The notes under the pieces: model-generated
Databases searched by the model: none
What the model was told of the DNA's origin: nothing
What the model saw: only the letters and a program-made list of their open reading frames with translations
Assembly (NCBI GenBank): GCA_019240475.1
Contig: JAFAYI010000008.1
Span: forward strand, 12,980-76,979
Direction: 5' to 3'
Origin: Acidobacteriaceae bacterium
Lineage (GTDB): Bacteria > Acidobacteriota > Terriglobia > Bryobacterales > Bryobacteraceae
DNA: 64,000 nucleotides
In this document: piece after piece, positions 27,301 through 34,842 of the stretch
How the letters are laid out: each line of letters opens with the position of its first letter
Position numbering within the stretch: the stretch's first letter is position 1
Program-made: the position numbers and the translations under genes

Positions 27301-28836
27301 GATTCCATAAACGGCGCGCTTGCAGTTTTGAGCGGCAGCCTTGCCGCCCGCGGCGTTGAACTTATCGGCCTCAGTGGCGATGCGCTCGCGCAAGGCATGG
27401 CGCGCGTCGGTGAAGGCGCTGTTCAGGAGGCGGCGCAGTCTCTCGGCCGCAAGGCTGTTGTCGCCGGAGTCGAAGCCGCGTTAGACGGGATGATCTCTGG
27501 AAGCATCAGCGAGGCCGCCGCGACCTTCACAGACGATCGCACGTGGCGCGAAGGAATCATGGAAGGCCTCTCGCGCGTCGGCAAGGCAGCGCTTCTCGGC
27601 GGTCTGTTCGGGATGGCTGGCGGAGCCGTCCTTGGATCCGCCATGCCGGTAGTCGGTCGCGTTGCCGGCAGGGCATGGAAGGCGGTGACCGCCGGCACAT
27701 TGGAGAAGACTCTCATTCGTGCAGGCATGGAAGACGTGCTTAAGGCAGCGGAGGCGGCCGCCAGGAGCGGGGACTCGCACGCCCTGGAAATGATGATGAC
27801 GCAAATGGAGGCGAACCTCAGCACCGAAGATGCCGCCCTCTTGCGCAAACAGCTCGGCAAAAAACTGGAGGAAGCGCTAGGGCATCCGCCAGGACGTGCA
27901 GACCTCATGCGCGACCAGGAAAAGCTGCTCGCCGCAAGCGGAAACAAAGAATCCGACCTGACAAAAGATGAGCTTGACGCCGAGCTTGACGTTGTCGCTC
28001 GCAGCGAGCCGCAGATCAGCAACGAACCCGGATACGTCGATGAGGTCGACCTCGGCTATGGACATACGTGGCGGCGCACCGAAGAAGGCACGTGGTGCCG
28101 CTTCACGAGGAAGTCCCTCTGCGGCACCAAGATCCCCGGCGCCCGCAAGATGTCGCGAGGCGCCCTGAATCGGGCAAGGCTCCTCAGTGACAAGGATATT
28201 AATGAGTGGACCAAGAACCTCGACAAACTTGCCGCTGAGGGCGGTGGGGCCGCCGCTGAAGCAGCGAGCCAGACTGCTACCGTCACCTACAACCTGCAGG
28301 ATGCCATTGATGCCGCACTTGTGGATATGAAGGGCAAGTGGGCCGGCAATATGGCCGAGAAGGGCACTCGCTTGCATGCTGCGCTTGCCCGGCGCATTCA
28401 GGAGATGGGCCTGAAGCTGCCCTCGACCATTGATGTCCAGGTTGAACAGCAGCTTAAGAACGTCTTCAACATACCCAAAAACGTTCAGAAGAAAACCGTT
28501 CGTGAGTGGCTGCAATTCGAAGGCAAGGGAGGCGGACGCGCGCACGATTGGTTAGTTCCATATCTGGATAGACGCGTACTCGATACTGCTGTCGGCGAGT
28601 TGAAACTCGACGCGGTCTTTCGCGTCGAGGGACAGACGATCATTTTCGATTTGACCAGTAGGGAAAGCGCCAGTCACCTCGCCAAATCCACACTTTACTC
28701 GCTGCTCGGCAGCGAGGAAAATCAACTGTCTCGCGTACAGGAATACTATTGGGCCCAGAGCTATGCACATGAGGCAGAAGAGAACGAAAGGGCTGCTGTC
28801 CGGCGAAGTTCAACGGCTTCAGCACCAGTAAAATAA
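24322..28836 (+). CDS. large DUF4157-domain protein, candidate eCIS payload 2 (1504 aa)
   Basis: It carries the same DUF4157 cassette as payload 1. This is followed by a long helical region, a Gly/Ala-rich hydrophobic block (about nt 27100-27690), and a distinct C-terminal domain of about 280 aa. Confidence 0.75.
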   Translation: MSASAEPVSIAKETTSRTPEGGAPAPQSTVAGIQGDHTVDRFFGADALSVPRLKAPVLQRAQRLYGNQASGQIVMRARALQRHCACGGTCAKCQAAVPDTQGEPLQLSSRRPLENHFQTDLAAVRIHTGDEAAESARNLDALAYTSGRDIYFAHGMYAPSSTSGQRLLAHEVAHVVQQSSGKEPSIATKSARGAKIGAQEDPLESEAERRAEEFTSHPQTALTDEEERKKLSTIPGHPPIQRQPDPAQPFSEPAAEWPATESAADLVCKGIEDDSIDEVVAPMRGLSIAGLASVRTAVLFRKTTLLEHWLLQRHGGSTLGAIVSAIAVGTTFGTRPKITATAEEGMRLLWPALPLIDRLEVYDEGYREIEQAQLDVIRESSLKERAEALQKPDRLLAIYKNMSAKEEFEARNLMDSSEVAKGDTAVRMIQRGDDKDVVYDALIALDRIDRKFVWDQHYDELYHLLDSSEFKLVSTLTHGSEAQIIIARLRLATEDRKDDMEAVHATVDRAVQLLAERRQLREARSAKLLTADDRAEIDQRLQELGELDELVKFRRTVEGDLKKNTFMELLAGAEDQQAAFGSDMDRLLQFAPNGRDFALEAAKQRVLIAGGNEDQLRSILLTTHAPQEAGDKNKRTELKQWEEDVEFRKELLSDPQVREVFDGLTPATRMHVLSALKGDAFDDALEHLNQLKNSAQWGEFFALVRTVALNPDWRERFIATRTQYWSLYAFVSGEEREIMEKILYDPEHKVPIIALLRYTGSVSTLKAAFANLQESDREQLRTGWAMANHPFIGPRSEQQDTALTAFRTFEQELLKSQGSDHEGYETILTTVLGTAPTKSEIATGEGRYNAAAILAERVEKRLGLERGISAEFTETDETMDAAGRQFAALWLRLKGQAELSIVDYATLLTLYQQFDKRAEEFGEASKAITDVAGTIAATLAGIIVVVATGGAATPAVVAMAAAAGAAGGFVAREAFGGDYYTAMSSEGGRALLLDSINGALAVLSGSLAARGVELIGLSGDALAQGMARVGEGAVQEAAQSLGRKAVVAGVEAALDGMISGSISEAAATFTDDRTWREGIMEGLSRVGKAALLGGLFGMAGGAVLGSAMPVVGRVAGRAWKAVTAGTLEKTLIRAGMEDVLKAAEAAARSGDSHALEMMMTQMEANLSTEDAALLRKQLGKKLEEALGHPPGRADLMRDQEKLLAASGNKESDLTKDELDAELDVVARSEPQISNEPGYVDEVDLGYGHTWRRTEEGTWCRFTRKSLCGTKIPGARKMSRGALNRARLLSDKDINEWTKNLDKLAAEGGGAAAEAASQTATVTYNLQDAIDAALVDMKGKWAGNMAEKGTRLHAALARRIQEMGLKLPSTIDVQVEQQLKNVFNIPKNVQKKTVREWLQFEGKGGGRAHDWLVPYLDRRVLDTAVGELKLDAVFRVEGQTIIFDLTSRESASHLAKSTLYSLLGSEENQLSRVQEYYWAQSYAHEAEENERAAVRRSSTASAPVK
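24433..24945 (+). repeat. copy 2 of the ~513-bp DUF4157 cassette direct repeat
   Basis: See 21967-22479. The repeat occupies the same reading-frame position in both genes, at aa 37/38 onward. Confidence 0.85.
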
Positions 28837-29290
28837 CTTCGGTCAGCTGGTGAATTTGGTCCGGGCCCATCAGAAACTTTCGCTGATTGCGGCCTCGATC
28901 CGGTAGCGCCCCGGCCTGAACTTGGCTAGAAAAAAAAGAAACGAACTCTCATTTGCAATCACTAATGCTTGCGATATAGTAAACGGACCGGGGTTCAATT
29001 GCCGACGTGTAACGACCGCTTTCGTAGCCGCTAGCTGCGCACGGGTTGAGTTGGCGGATCTTATACAAGCTGTTTCACGTGGCTGAATTGGGGGTGTCGA
29101 AGTCGATTGCAGGATTCGAATAACCATTGGCATTCAACGCGCTTTCTGCATGCCGTTCGCAGATTGAACGGTTTAAAACGGGCGTCAAGCACAGCTTGAT
29201 CGCCCATGGTTGAAGACCGCGTTCTCAAACTCCGATGCTGCCTTTTCCTTCTCCGGAATCGGCCGGCACGGTGAAGGAGGTTCCTCATTT

Positions 29291-30769
29291 ATGGGTGCAC
29301 CCACGGGTGGCGCCGCTCCAGGACGAAACGCCGCTGGCACTGTAGAGTGCGTAATATGCGGCCGCGAAAACCCCATTGGACGACTTTATTGTTACAACTG
29401 CAGACAGCGGCTCCCGGCTTCGCGAGCCCCAGATGACGGGCTTCCCCCTACCGTCCAGCCGGATGCTTTGCCGGTCCTGCTCGAACAAACGCAGAATCAA
29501 AACCAACAACTGCGCGAGCAACTCGCATCTCTGCAGCAGGAGCTCGCGAACCTCAAGGCTGCAAGCGCTAAACCAGAGGCTTCCCCAACGCTCGTCAATG
29601 AATTGCAAGAGAAGCTCAAGGTATCGGAGGAAAAGGTGGCCGCATCGACCTTCCACGCGAGCGGGATGGAGAGTAAGTGGAAGGCAGCAGCAGAGACTGT
29701 CGCCAAACTCGAACACCAGCTCGCGGCTAAGGCTGCGGAGTTTGAAGCACACCTTAAGAGTCACCCCGGACCCGAGAAATCGCAACACTCGTCTTCGCTC
29801 CTTGCTGAGCTTGGCGACAAATTAAAGGCGGCTGAGGAAAAAGCCTCCGCCTGGTTTTCGCACGCAGCTCGCATGGAGGGCAAGGCCAAGGCAGCCGAAG
29901 AAAAGGCGGCCACGCTCGAAAACCAGCTTGCTGCCGCGGCTCAAGAAACTCAAGAAATCAAGAAAAATCTGGCCGGAGAGAAGGGGAAGTCGCCTATATC
30001 GATGATCGCCGCAATAGTGGGAATCCTGGGCGGCATGGGCGGCTTTGGAGCAGGCCACTATCTCTTACCGGCTCCGGTCGATTCGGCAAAAATCCGGCAG
30101 TTGTCGGCGCAACTGGCGGGCGCGCAGCAGCAGATTGGCAGCTTAAAATCTTCGCTCGAAAATGCAGTCTCGAAGGCGACTAAGGAACAAAATGATGCGG
30201 ATTCCCGCATCAATTCCGCGGCTGACGGCCAGAAACAGCTACAGCGTCAGCTCAGCGCGGCAGCTACCACGCAGCATTCGGTCGAAGCGCAACTGGTGCA
30301 AGCACAAGCGACGAATGCATCTCTGAATCAGCAACTCAGGGACCGCAATAATTCCTTCGCCGAGCGCGAGCGACAGTTACAAACTCAGGTGAACACTGCG
30401 GTTGCCGCGCAACGCTCGGCTGAGTCCAGGTTGGCCCAGTTGCAAGCCTCTAACGCAACCTTGACCCAACAACTTAAAGAGCGCAACGACGAATTGGGAA
30501 AGGTCCGTGTCGACCTTTCCCCGAGCGGCACTTTGATTTGGAGCGGTAATCTCGCAGGCAAACGCAATATTGACATTACAAATGGCATTCCGAATTTCGG
30601 CTCCGTGACAGGCAAGCTTCCCGGAAAGTCGTGCAAAGTGTCCACTCACGATAGCCGGGTCAAGATCAAGACACGTCCTTCGGACAAGAATCACTGGAAC
30701 GAATTGTCTTTCGATGTGTCGGGAACGGGAATCGTTCAAGCTCGAATTGATTGGGAGCTATCTCACTAG
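29291..30769 (+). CDS. zinc-ribbon / coiled-coil single-pass membrane protein, function unknown
   Basis: ATG 29291 is preferred, with GAAGGAGG 10 nt upstream; the track start is TTG 29210. It has a CxxC..CxxC ribbon (VECVICGRENPIGRLYCYNCRQR), internally repeated coiled coils, and a TM helix (ISMIAAIVGILGGMGGFGAGHYLL). More coiled coil and a beta-rich C-terminal domain follow. Confidence 0.6.
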   Translation: MGAPTGGAAPGRNAAGTVECVICGRENPIGRLYCYNCRQRLPASRAPDDGLPPTVQPDALPVLLEQTQNQNQQLREQLASLQQELANLKAASAKPEASPTLVNELQEKLKVSEEKVAASTFHASGMESKWKAAAETVAKLEHQLAAKAAEFEAHLKSHPGPEKSQHSSSLLAELGDKLKAAEEKASAWFSHAARMEGKAKAAEEKAATLENQLAAAAQETQEIKKNLAGEKGKSPISMIAAIVGILGGMGGFGAGHYLLPAPVDSAKIRQLSAQLAGAQQQIGSLKSSLENAVSKATKEQNDADSRINSAADGQKQLQRQLSAAATTQHSVEAQLVQAQATNASLNQQLRDRNNSFAERERQLQTQVNTAVAAQRSAESRLAQLQASNATLTQQLKERNDELGKVRVDLSPSGTLIWSGNLAGKRNIDITNGIPNFGSVTGKLPGKSCKVSTHDSRVKIKTRPSDKNHWNELSFDVSGTGIVQARIDWELSH

Positions 30770-30828
30770 TTCTCACGGAAGGTCGAGTCGTACGGGTTGG
30801 ACCTTGTTTTCGGGGGTGGGCTTAGGCA

Positions 30829-32169
30829 ATGGCTAACGCTACAGTTGCTTTGGTGGAAGAGGGATCGCATCTTGAGGATGCATTGCGTAAGCACCTGGAA
30901 TCAGCCGGGTTCGATGTGTTGTTGGCTTCTCACGACGCGCTGGACCGTGTGCTTCTTTCGCCTGCTCGCCTGTTCATAGTCGCGAACCGCTCCCCCGATA
31001 CCGCCTACGCCGTTTCTGTACTTCAGCGCCTTCACCGAGCGCGTTCGGTCGTTCCCGTCTTCCTCCTGGCTCGGGTGAGTTCAGAGCAGTTGGCCGTTGC
31101 CGCTCTTAAACAAGGGGTGGCCGATTACTTCGCTCCACCGATCGATTTGCATGACGTGATGACCGTGGTGCGTCGCGCCACCGCTTCCCGATTCGCTTTT
31201 GCGGACCGCGAGTTTAAAGTGGATAACCCGACGGGAGGCCGCGACATGATCGGCGAGAGCATCTCCATGCGCGAGCTTCGCACCTACGTCGGGAAAGTGG
31301 CGCAACGGGAATGTAACGCTCTTATCCTGGGTGAAACGGGAACGGGAAAAGACCTGGTGGCTGAGGCTATTCACTTCAACAGTCCGCGAAAAAGCAAGCC
31401 GTTCGTATCTGTAAACTGCGCTGCAATCCCCGATACGCTGCTCGAAAGCGAACTCTTCGGGTACGAAAAAGGCGCCTTCACTGGCGCGGACGGCTCCAGA
31501 GAAGGCAAAATTGGCCAGGCACAAGGCGGAACCCTCTTTTTAGATGAGATCGGCGATATGACACCCTATGCCCAAGCCAAAATCCTGCGCGTCATTGAAA
31601 GTAAGCAGATTCAACGGTTGGGAGGCAAAGCTTGCATTCCGGTAAATGTGAGAATTCTCGCCGCCACCAATCAAAATCTGCCGAAGCTGATTTCTGAACA
31701 GCGCTTTCGTAAAGACTTATACTTCCGGCTGAATGTTGCGCAAATCCCGCTGCCTTCGCTTCGCGACCGACGCGAGGATATTGGCGCGTTGCTGAACTAT
31801 TATGTGGGCGTATTCAATCACCAGAGCGGGTCACGTGTGGAAGGTTTTACAGCGCGCGCTCTGATGCGGCTCACCGAGTATGATTGGCCTGGCAACGTCC
31901 GAGAACTGCGAAGCATGGTTGAGTCCATTTTCATCGATCCGCCGTACCCCCGCATCGACGAGTGTCATCTGCCGCTGACCGGTTCGAACCTCCACCGCGC
32001 CGAAGTGGATGATCGGCAGCGCTTAATGGAGGCGCTCCGAATTACTCATTGGAATAAGAGTAAGGCGGCCGCAAGGCTGCGTTGGTCGCGCATGAAGGTC
32101 TACCGCAAGTTGGCTCAATATCGCATTGAACAACAAACCGAAAAAGCGATGTCAGCGAACGGCGGGTGA
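30829..32169 (+). CDS. sigma-54-dependent transcriptional activator (NtrC-family EBP) with degenerate receiver domain
   Basis: The AAA+ core has Walker A GETGTGKD, the GAFTGA loop (YEKGAFTGA) and LFLDEIGDM. The C-terminus is a Fis-type HTH ([21 protein letters not shown]). The N-terminal receiver-like domain lacks the canonical acidic pocket. Confidence 0.9.
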   Translation: MANATVALVEEGSHLEDALRKHLESAGFDVLLASHDALDRVLLSPARLFIVANRSPDTAYAVSVLQRLHRARSVVPVFLLARVSSEQLAVAALKQGVADYFAPPIDLHDVMTVVRRATASRFAFADREFKVDNPTGGRDMIGESISMRELRTYVGKVAQRECNALILGETGTGKDLVAEAIHFNSPRKSKPFVSVNCAAIPDTLLESELFGYEKGAFTGADGSREGKIGQAQGGTLFLDEIGDMTPYAQAKILRVIESKQIQRLGGKACIPVNVRILAATNQNLPKLISEQRFRKDLYFRLNVAQIPLPSLRDRREDIGALLNYYVGVFNHQSGSRVEGFTARALMRLTEYDWPGNVRELRSMVESIFIDPPYPRIDECHLPLTGSNLHRAEVDDRQRLMEALRITHWNKSKAAARLRWSRMKVYRKLAQYRIEQQTEKAMSANGG

Positions 32170-32292
32170 GAACTCGGACATCGGCCGACTCGAAAAAGAG
32201 TTTGCTGCATCTTGAATTGCAGCCCTCGAAAGCTGCGAGTGCAATATCTCGGTCGGCAACCCGACCCGGAATTGCGCGCCCTCAGTGCTGTC

Positions 32293-34815
32293 CTATTGCA
32301 GCGCACTTGCCGATACCGGCGTTGTCGCGATGCTGGTCAGCTTCCGCTGGCATCCGTCCCAAAGCGCAATCCGCGCCTCAATTCCGCTCTGCGCGGCGCT
32401 CGCCGCCTTGTCCCACAGCTCTTCCCGTTCGCCTGCCAGCCGCTCCAACATTCGCCTCGCCGCGGGACCATGGTTATCCCCATCCAGTTCTATGTGCCTC
32501 TCCAGATAAAACTTGAACGTCGGAACATCCACTTCCGGACTAGCCCAGTGTGAGAGGATCCGTTCGAACATCTCCGGGATGATATCTTCCCGGCCGTACA
32601 GGAAATCCGCTGCCACTTCCACGAGGTGGCCGTTCATCGCAACATCCAATGTGCGCAAGACGAATTTGGAAACATGTGATGGAACCCTTTGGGCTACCAG
32701 CGCATCCGCGGGCGTGCTCCCCGCCTTCAAGGCCGTCAAGAAATTGAGAAATGGGCCGGTATCTGCTCCCACCTCCCGCATTGCAGCCAAATAAATTTCC
32801 AAATGGCTGGCCGGCACGCCATCCGGACCTTCGTCGCTCTCCTCGCTATGGATGATCTCGTTGATGAAACGCGCCAGACTGGCGTCATCGGACGGCATCC
32901 AAGGAAGCCCGGTGCAAGTCAGATCGCGCTGCAGCCGCTTCGCGATCGACATGAAATCCCAAACTGCGTATACATGCTCTTCCATGAACGCGCGCAGCCG
33001 CTCTATACAGTCGACGGTCAGATAGATCGGATGCTGGAGCAATTTGTCCCGCATGGCGAACAATCCGGGGTGCTTCTTCAGAATCGTTGTGGGCAGCTTG
33101 CTCAGGTGCGGCGTGTTGCGTGGATCTGCCGCAGCTGTCAGATTGCGCGGATTGTGGAAGCACAGCGGATCGTCCGCCATGTAGCTGCCCTTGGCCTGCG
33201 CCATACCGCGGCATCCGGGACACCGGTCGCTCTCATAGTAGTAGCAGCTCGCGCACCAGCTATCGGGCGGCCGTTCATATTCGCGTAGATCCTTGACCAC
33301 CGGGCTTTCCGCCAGAATCTTCCGCAGACTGCTTTGCCGAGTGTTCCCGAGCGGAACAAATGTCCCGCTGCACGGACGTACATCCCCTTCGTAGTTCACG
33401 TACAACGAGAAGTAGTTGGCGAGGCATGAATAACCAACGCGCAGCGGCAGCAGGGGCCATGTGTAACCGTATTCGCCGCGGTCCAGCAGCCACAACTCCT
33501 CCCAAAGGTGCTTCAGTTCGAGCGGTGAGAGCAGTTCGCCCGGATCGCCATCGTAGTGGCAGCCTACGAATCTCTCGAAGTACGGAATCATTCCGCGTTC
33601 CCGCGCATATCGCCACATGGTCGGCATGTCGGAAAGGTTCTTCCGAACCACAATACTTTCAAGCGAGATCGGAAGCTTTCCATCCCCGTAGCCGGCTTCC
33701 ATAAGATGGTCGATGCCTTCGAGAACCTTGCGCCACCCTCCCCTTACGCCGACCATCTGGTCGTGTATCCAGGAGCGCGTGCTGTAAAGTTTCACGTACG
33801 GGGCCACCTTGAGCGCTGCCATGTGCTCGGCCTTTTTCCGATCGATCAACGTGCCATTCGTGAAGACCTCAACCTGCATACCGCGCTGCACTGCCCGCTC
33901 GGCCAGATGGAAGAATAACGGCGAAGAGAGCGGTTCGCCGCCGCCGATCAAATCGGCGTTCTTCGCTCCGAGATCGGCCGCCTGATCGATCACGTCGTAA
34001 AGCTCCGCCAAATCCAGTGGCGACTTGGTCGCATTGATATTGACGAAACCTGGCTCGAATTTCTCCAGCTCGAAAACGTTCTTCACATCGCCGAATCCCG
34101 CAAAGCAACCCGTGCAGGCCAGATTGCAGCGATTCGTAAATTCCATGTTGAAGTACAACAGCCGTTCGCGCCGTCGCGCCGACCAATACTCTTCATCGCT
34201 GAATCCCTCCGAATCGAACACCGGCGCCGGTCTCAGCGTTCCTCGCGCAATCTCCAACTCATCGCTTTCCGCGATGCGCTTCAGCACGTCATTCATCTCC
34301 GGTTGCGAGATGGTGTACGAGCGGTCGGTAGGAACCAGCAGCCCGCGGTCGTTCTGATATCTGACGTTCGGACGGGGCTCGACATGAATCTGAGGGCCAT
34401 CCTCTCCGCCGTCCCAGCTAATGCCGCTCGGTAGTGCTTCCGTCAGGCGAACCGGTCCGTCGAACACCACTCGGATGTCGCTTTCGACCGTGTTCTGGCA
34501 TGAGAGCCGCTTCCCTTTGAGGCGCTCGGCATTGGCCGCCTCCACCGCGTTTGGCTGGCTTATACGGCCCTCTATTAGTTCGAACCGGCAGGTCAGGCAT
34601 TTGCCCTCTCCGCCGCAGGTATGCGGAATCGAAATCCCGGAGCCTCGCGTAGCGTCCAAGATCGACTGGGCCGCCTTCACCACAAATGTGCCCTGTCCAC
34701 AGTCCACAGTGAAGGCGCCACCGGGCTGGCTGGAACGTAAGTTCCGCGCTGCTGTTGTATCCTCCACCGGGAAAGTGGCGCCGTTCTGCAACGGACTTCC
34801 GCTCGCTGTGCTCAT
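32293..34815 (-). CDS. three-domain fusion: 2Fe-2S ferredoxin / radical SAM with SPASM extension / DUF3050 (haem-oxygenase-like fold)
   Basis: The ATG has an AAGGAG RBS. The ferredoxin motif is HTCGGEGKCLTCRF..RLSCQ. The rSAM motif is FTNRCNLACTGCFAG (CxxxCxxC). The SPASM region is Cys-rich (RPCSG.., WCASCYYYESDRCPGCRG..DPLCF). The C-terminal HPIYLTV..FMEEHVYAVWDFMSIAKRLQ..PWMP..INEIIHSEESDEG..SHLEIYLAAM resembles DUF3050. Confidence 0.85.
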   Translation of the reverse strand: MSTASGSPLQNGATFPVEDTTAARNLRSSQPGGAFTVDCGQGTFVVKAAQSILDATRGSGISIPHTCGGEGKCLTCRFELIEGRISQPNAVEAANAERLKGKRLSCQNTVESDIRVVFDGPVRLTEALPSGISWDGGEDGPQIHVEPRPNVRYQNDRGLLVPTDRSYTISQPEMNDVLKRIAESDELEIARGTLRPAPVFDSEGFSDEEYWSARRRERLLYFNMEFTNRCNLACTGCFAGFGDVKNVFELEKFEPGFVNINATKSPLDLAELYDVIDQAADLGAKNADLIGGGEPLSSPLFFHLAERAVQRGMQVEVFTNGTLIDRKKAEHMAALKVAPYVKLYSTRSWIHDQMVGVRGGWRKVLEGIDHLMEAGYGDGKLPISLESIVVRKNLSDMPTMWRYARERGMIPYFERFVGCHYDGDPGELLSPLELKHLWEELWLLDRGEYGYTWPLLPLRVGYSCLANYFSLYVNYEGDVRPCSGTFVPLGNTRQSSLRKILAESPVVKDLREYERPPDSWCASCYYYESDRCPGCRGMAQAKGSYMADDPLCFHNPRNLTAAADPRNTPHLSKLPTTILKKHPGLFAMRDKLLQHPIYLTVDCIERLRAFMEEHVYAVWDFMSIAKRLQRDLTCTGLPWMPSDDASLARFINEIIHSEESDEGPDGVPASHLEIYLAAMREVGADTGPFLNFLTALKAGSTPADALVAQRVPSHVSKFVLRTLDVAMNGHLVEVAADFLYGREDIIPEMFERILSHWASPEVDVPTFKFYLERHIELDGDNHGPAARRMLERLAGEREELWDKAASAAQSGIEARIALWDGCQRKLTSIATTPVSASALQ

Positions 34816-34842
34816 TCCTTGCTCCTTAACAACTGTGCTCCG

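Noticed and set aside
28985-29010. GGTTCAATT-like sequence suggesting a tRNA T-arm
   Set aside because: The flanking bases do not form a T-stem or an acceptor stem, and no cloverleaf can be drawn.
28870-29133. 87-aa minus-strand ORF in the gap after payload 2, considered as a possible immunity gene
   Set aside because: It is on the opposite strand and convergent, with no RBS or motif, and its composition is unremarkable. The evidence is insufficient.
29128-29143. TGGCATtcaacGCGCT as a sigma-54 promoter upstream of the coiled-coil gene
   Set aside because: The GG/GC spacing is correct, but the -12 region matches only about 3 of 5 consensus positions. It is too weak to annotate as a feature and is mentioned only as something to test.
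30779-30810. AAGGTC..GACCTT hairpin followed by GTTTT between the coiled-coil gene and the EBP gene, considered as an intrinsic terminator
   Set aside because: The 6-bp stem has a 15-nt loop and only four T residues follow. This is too weak to call.
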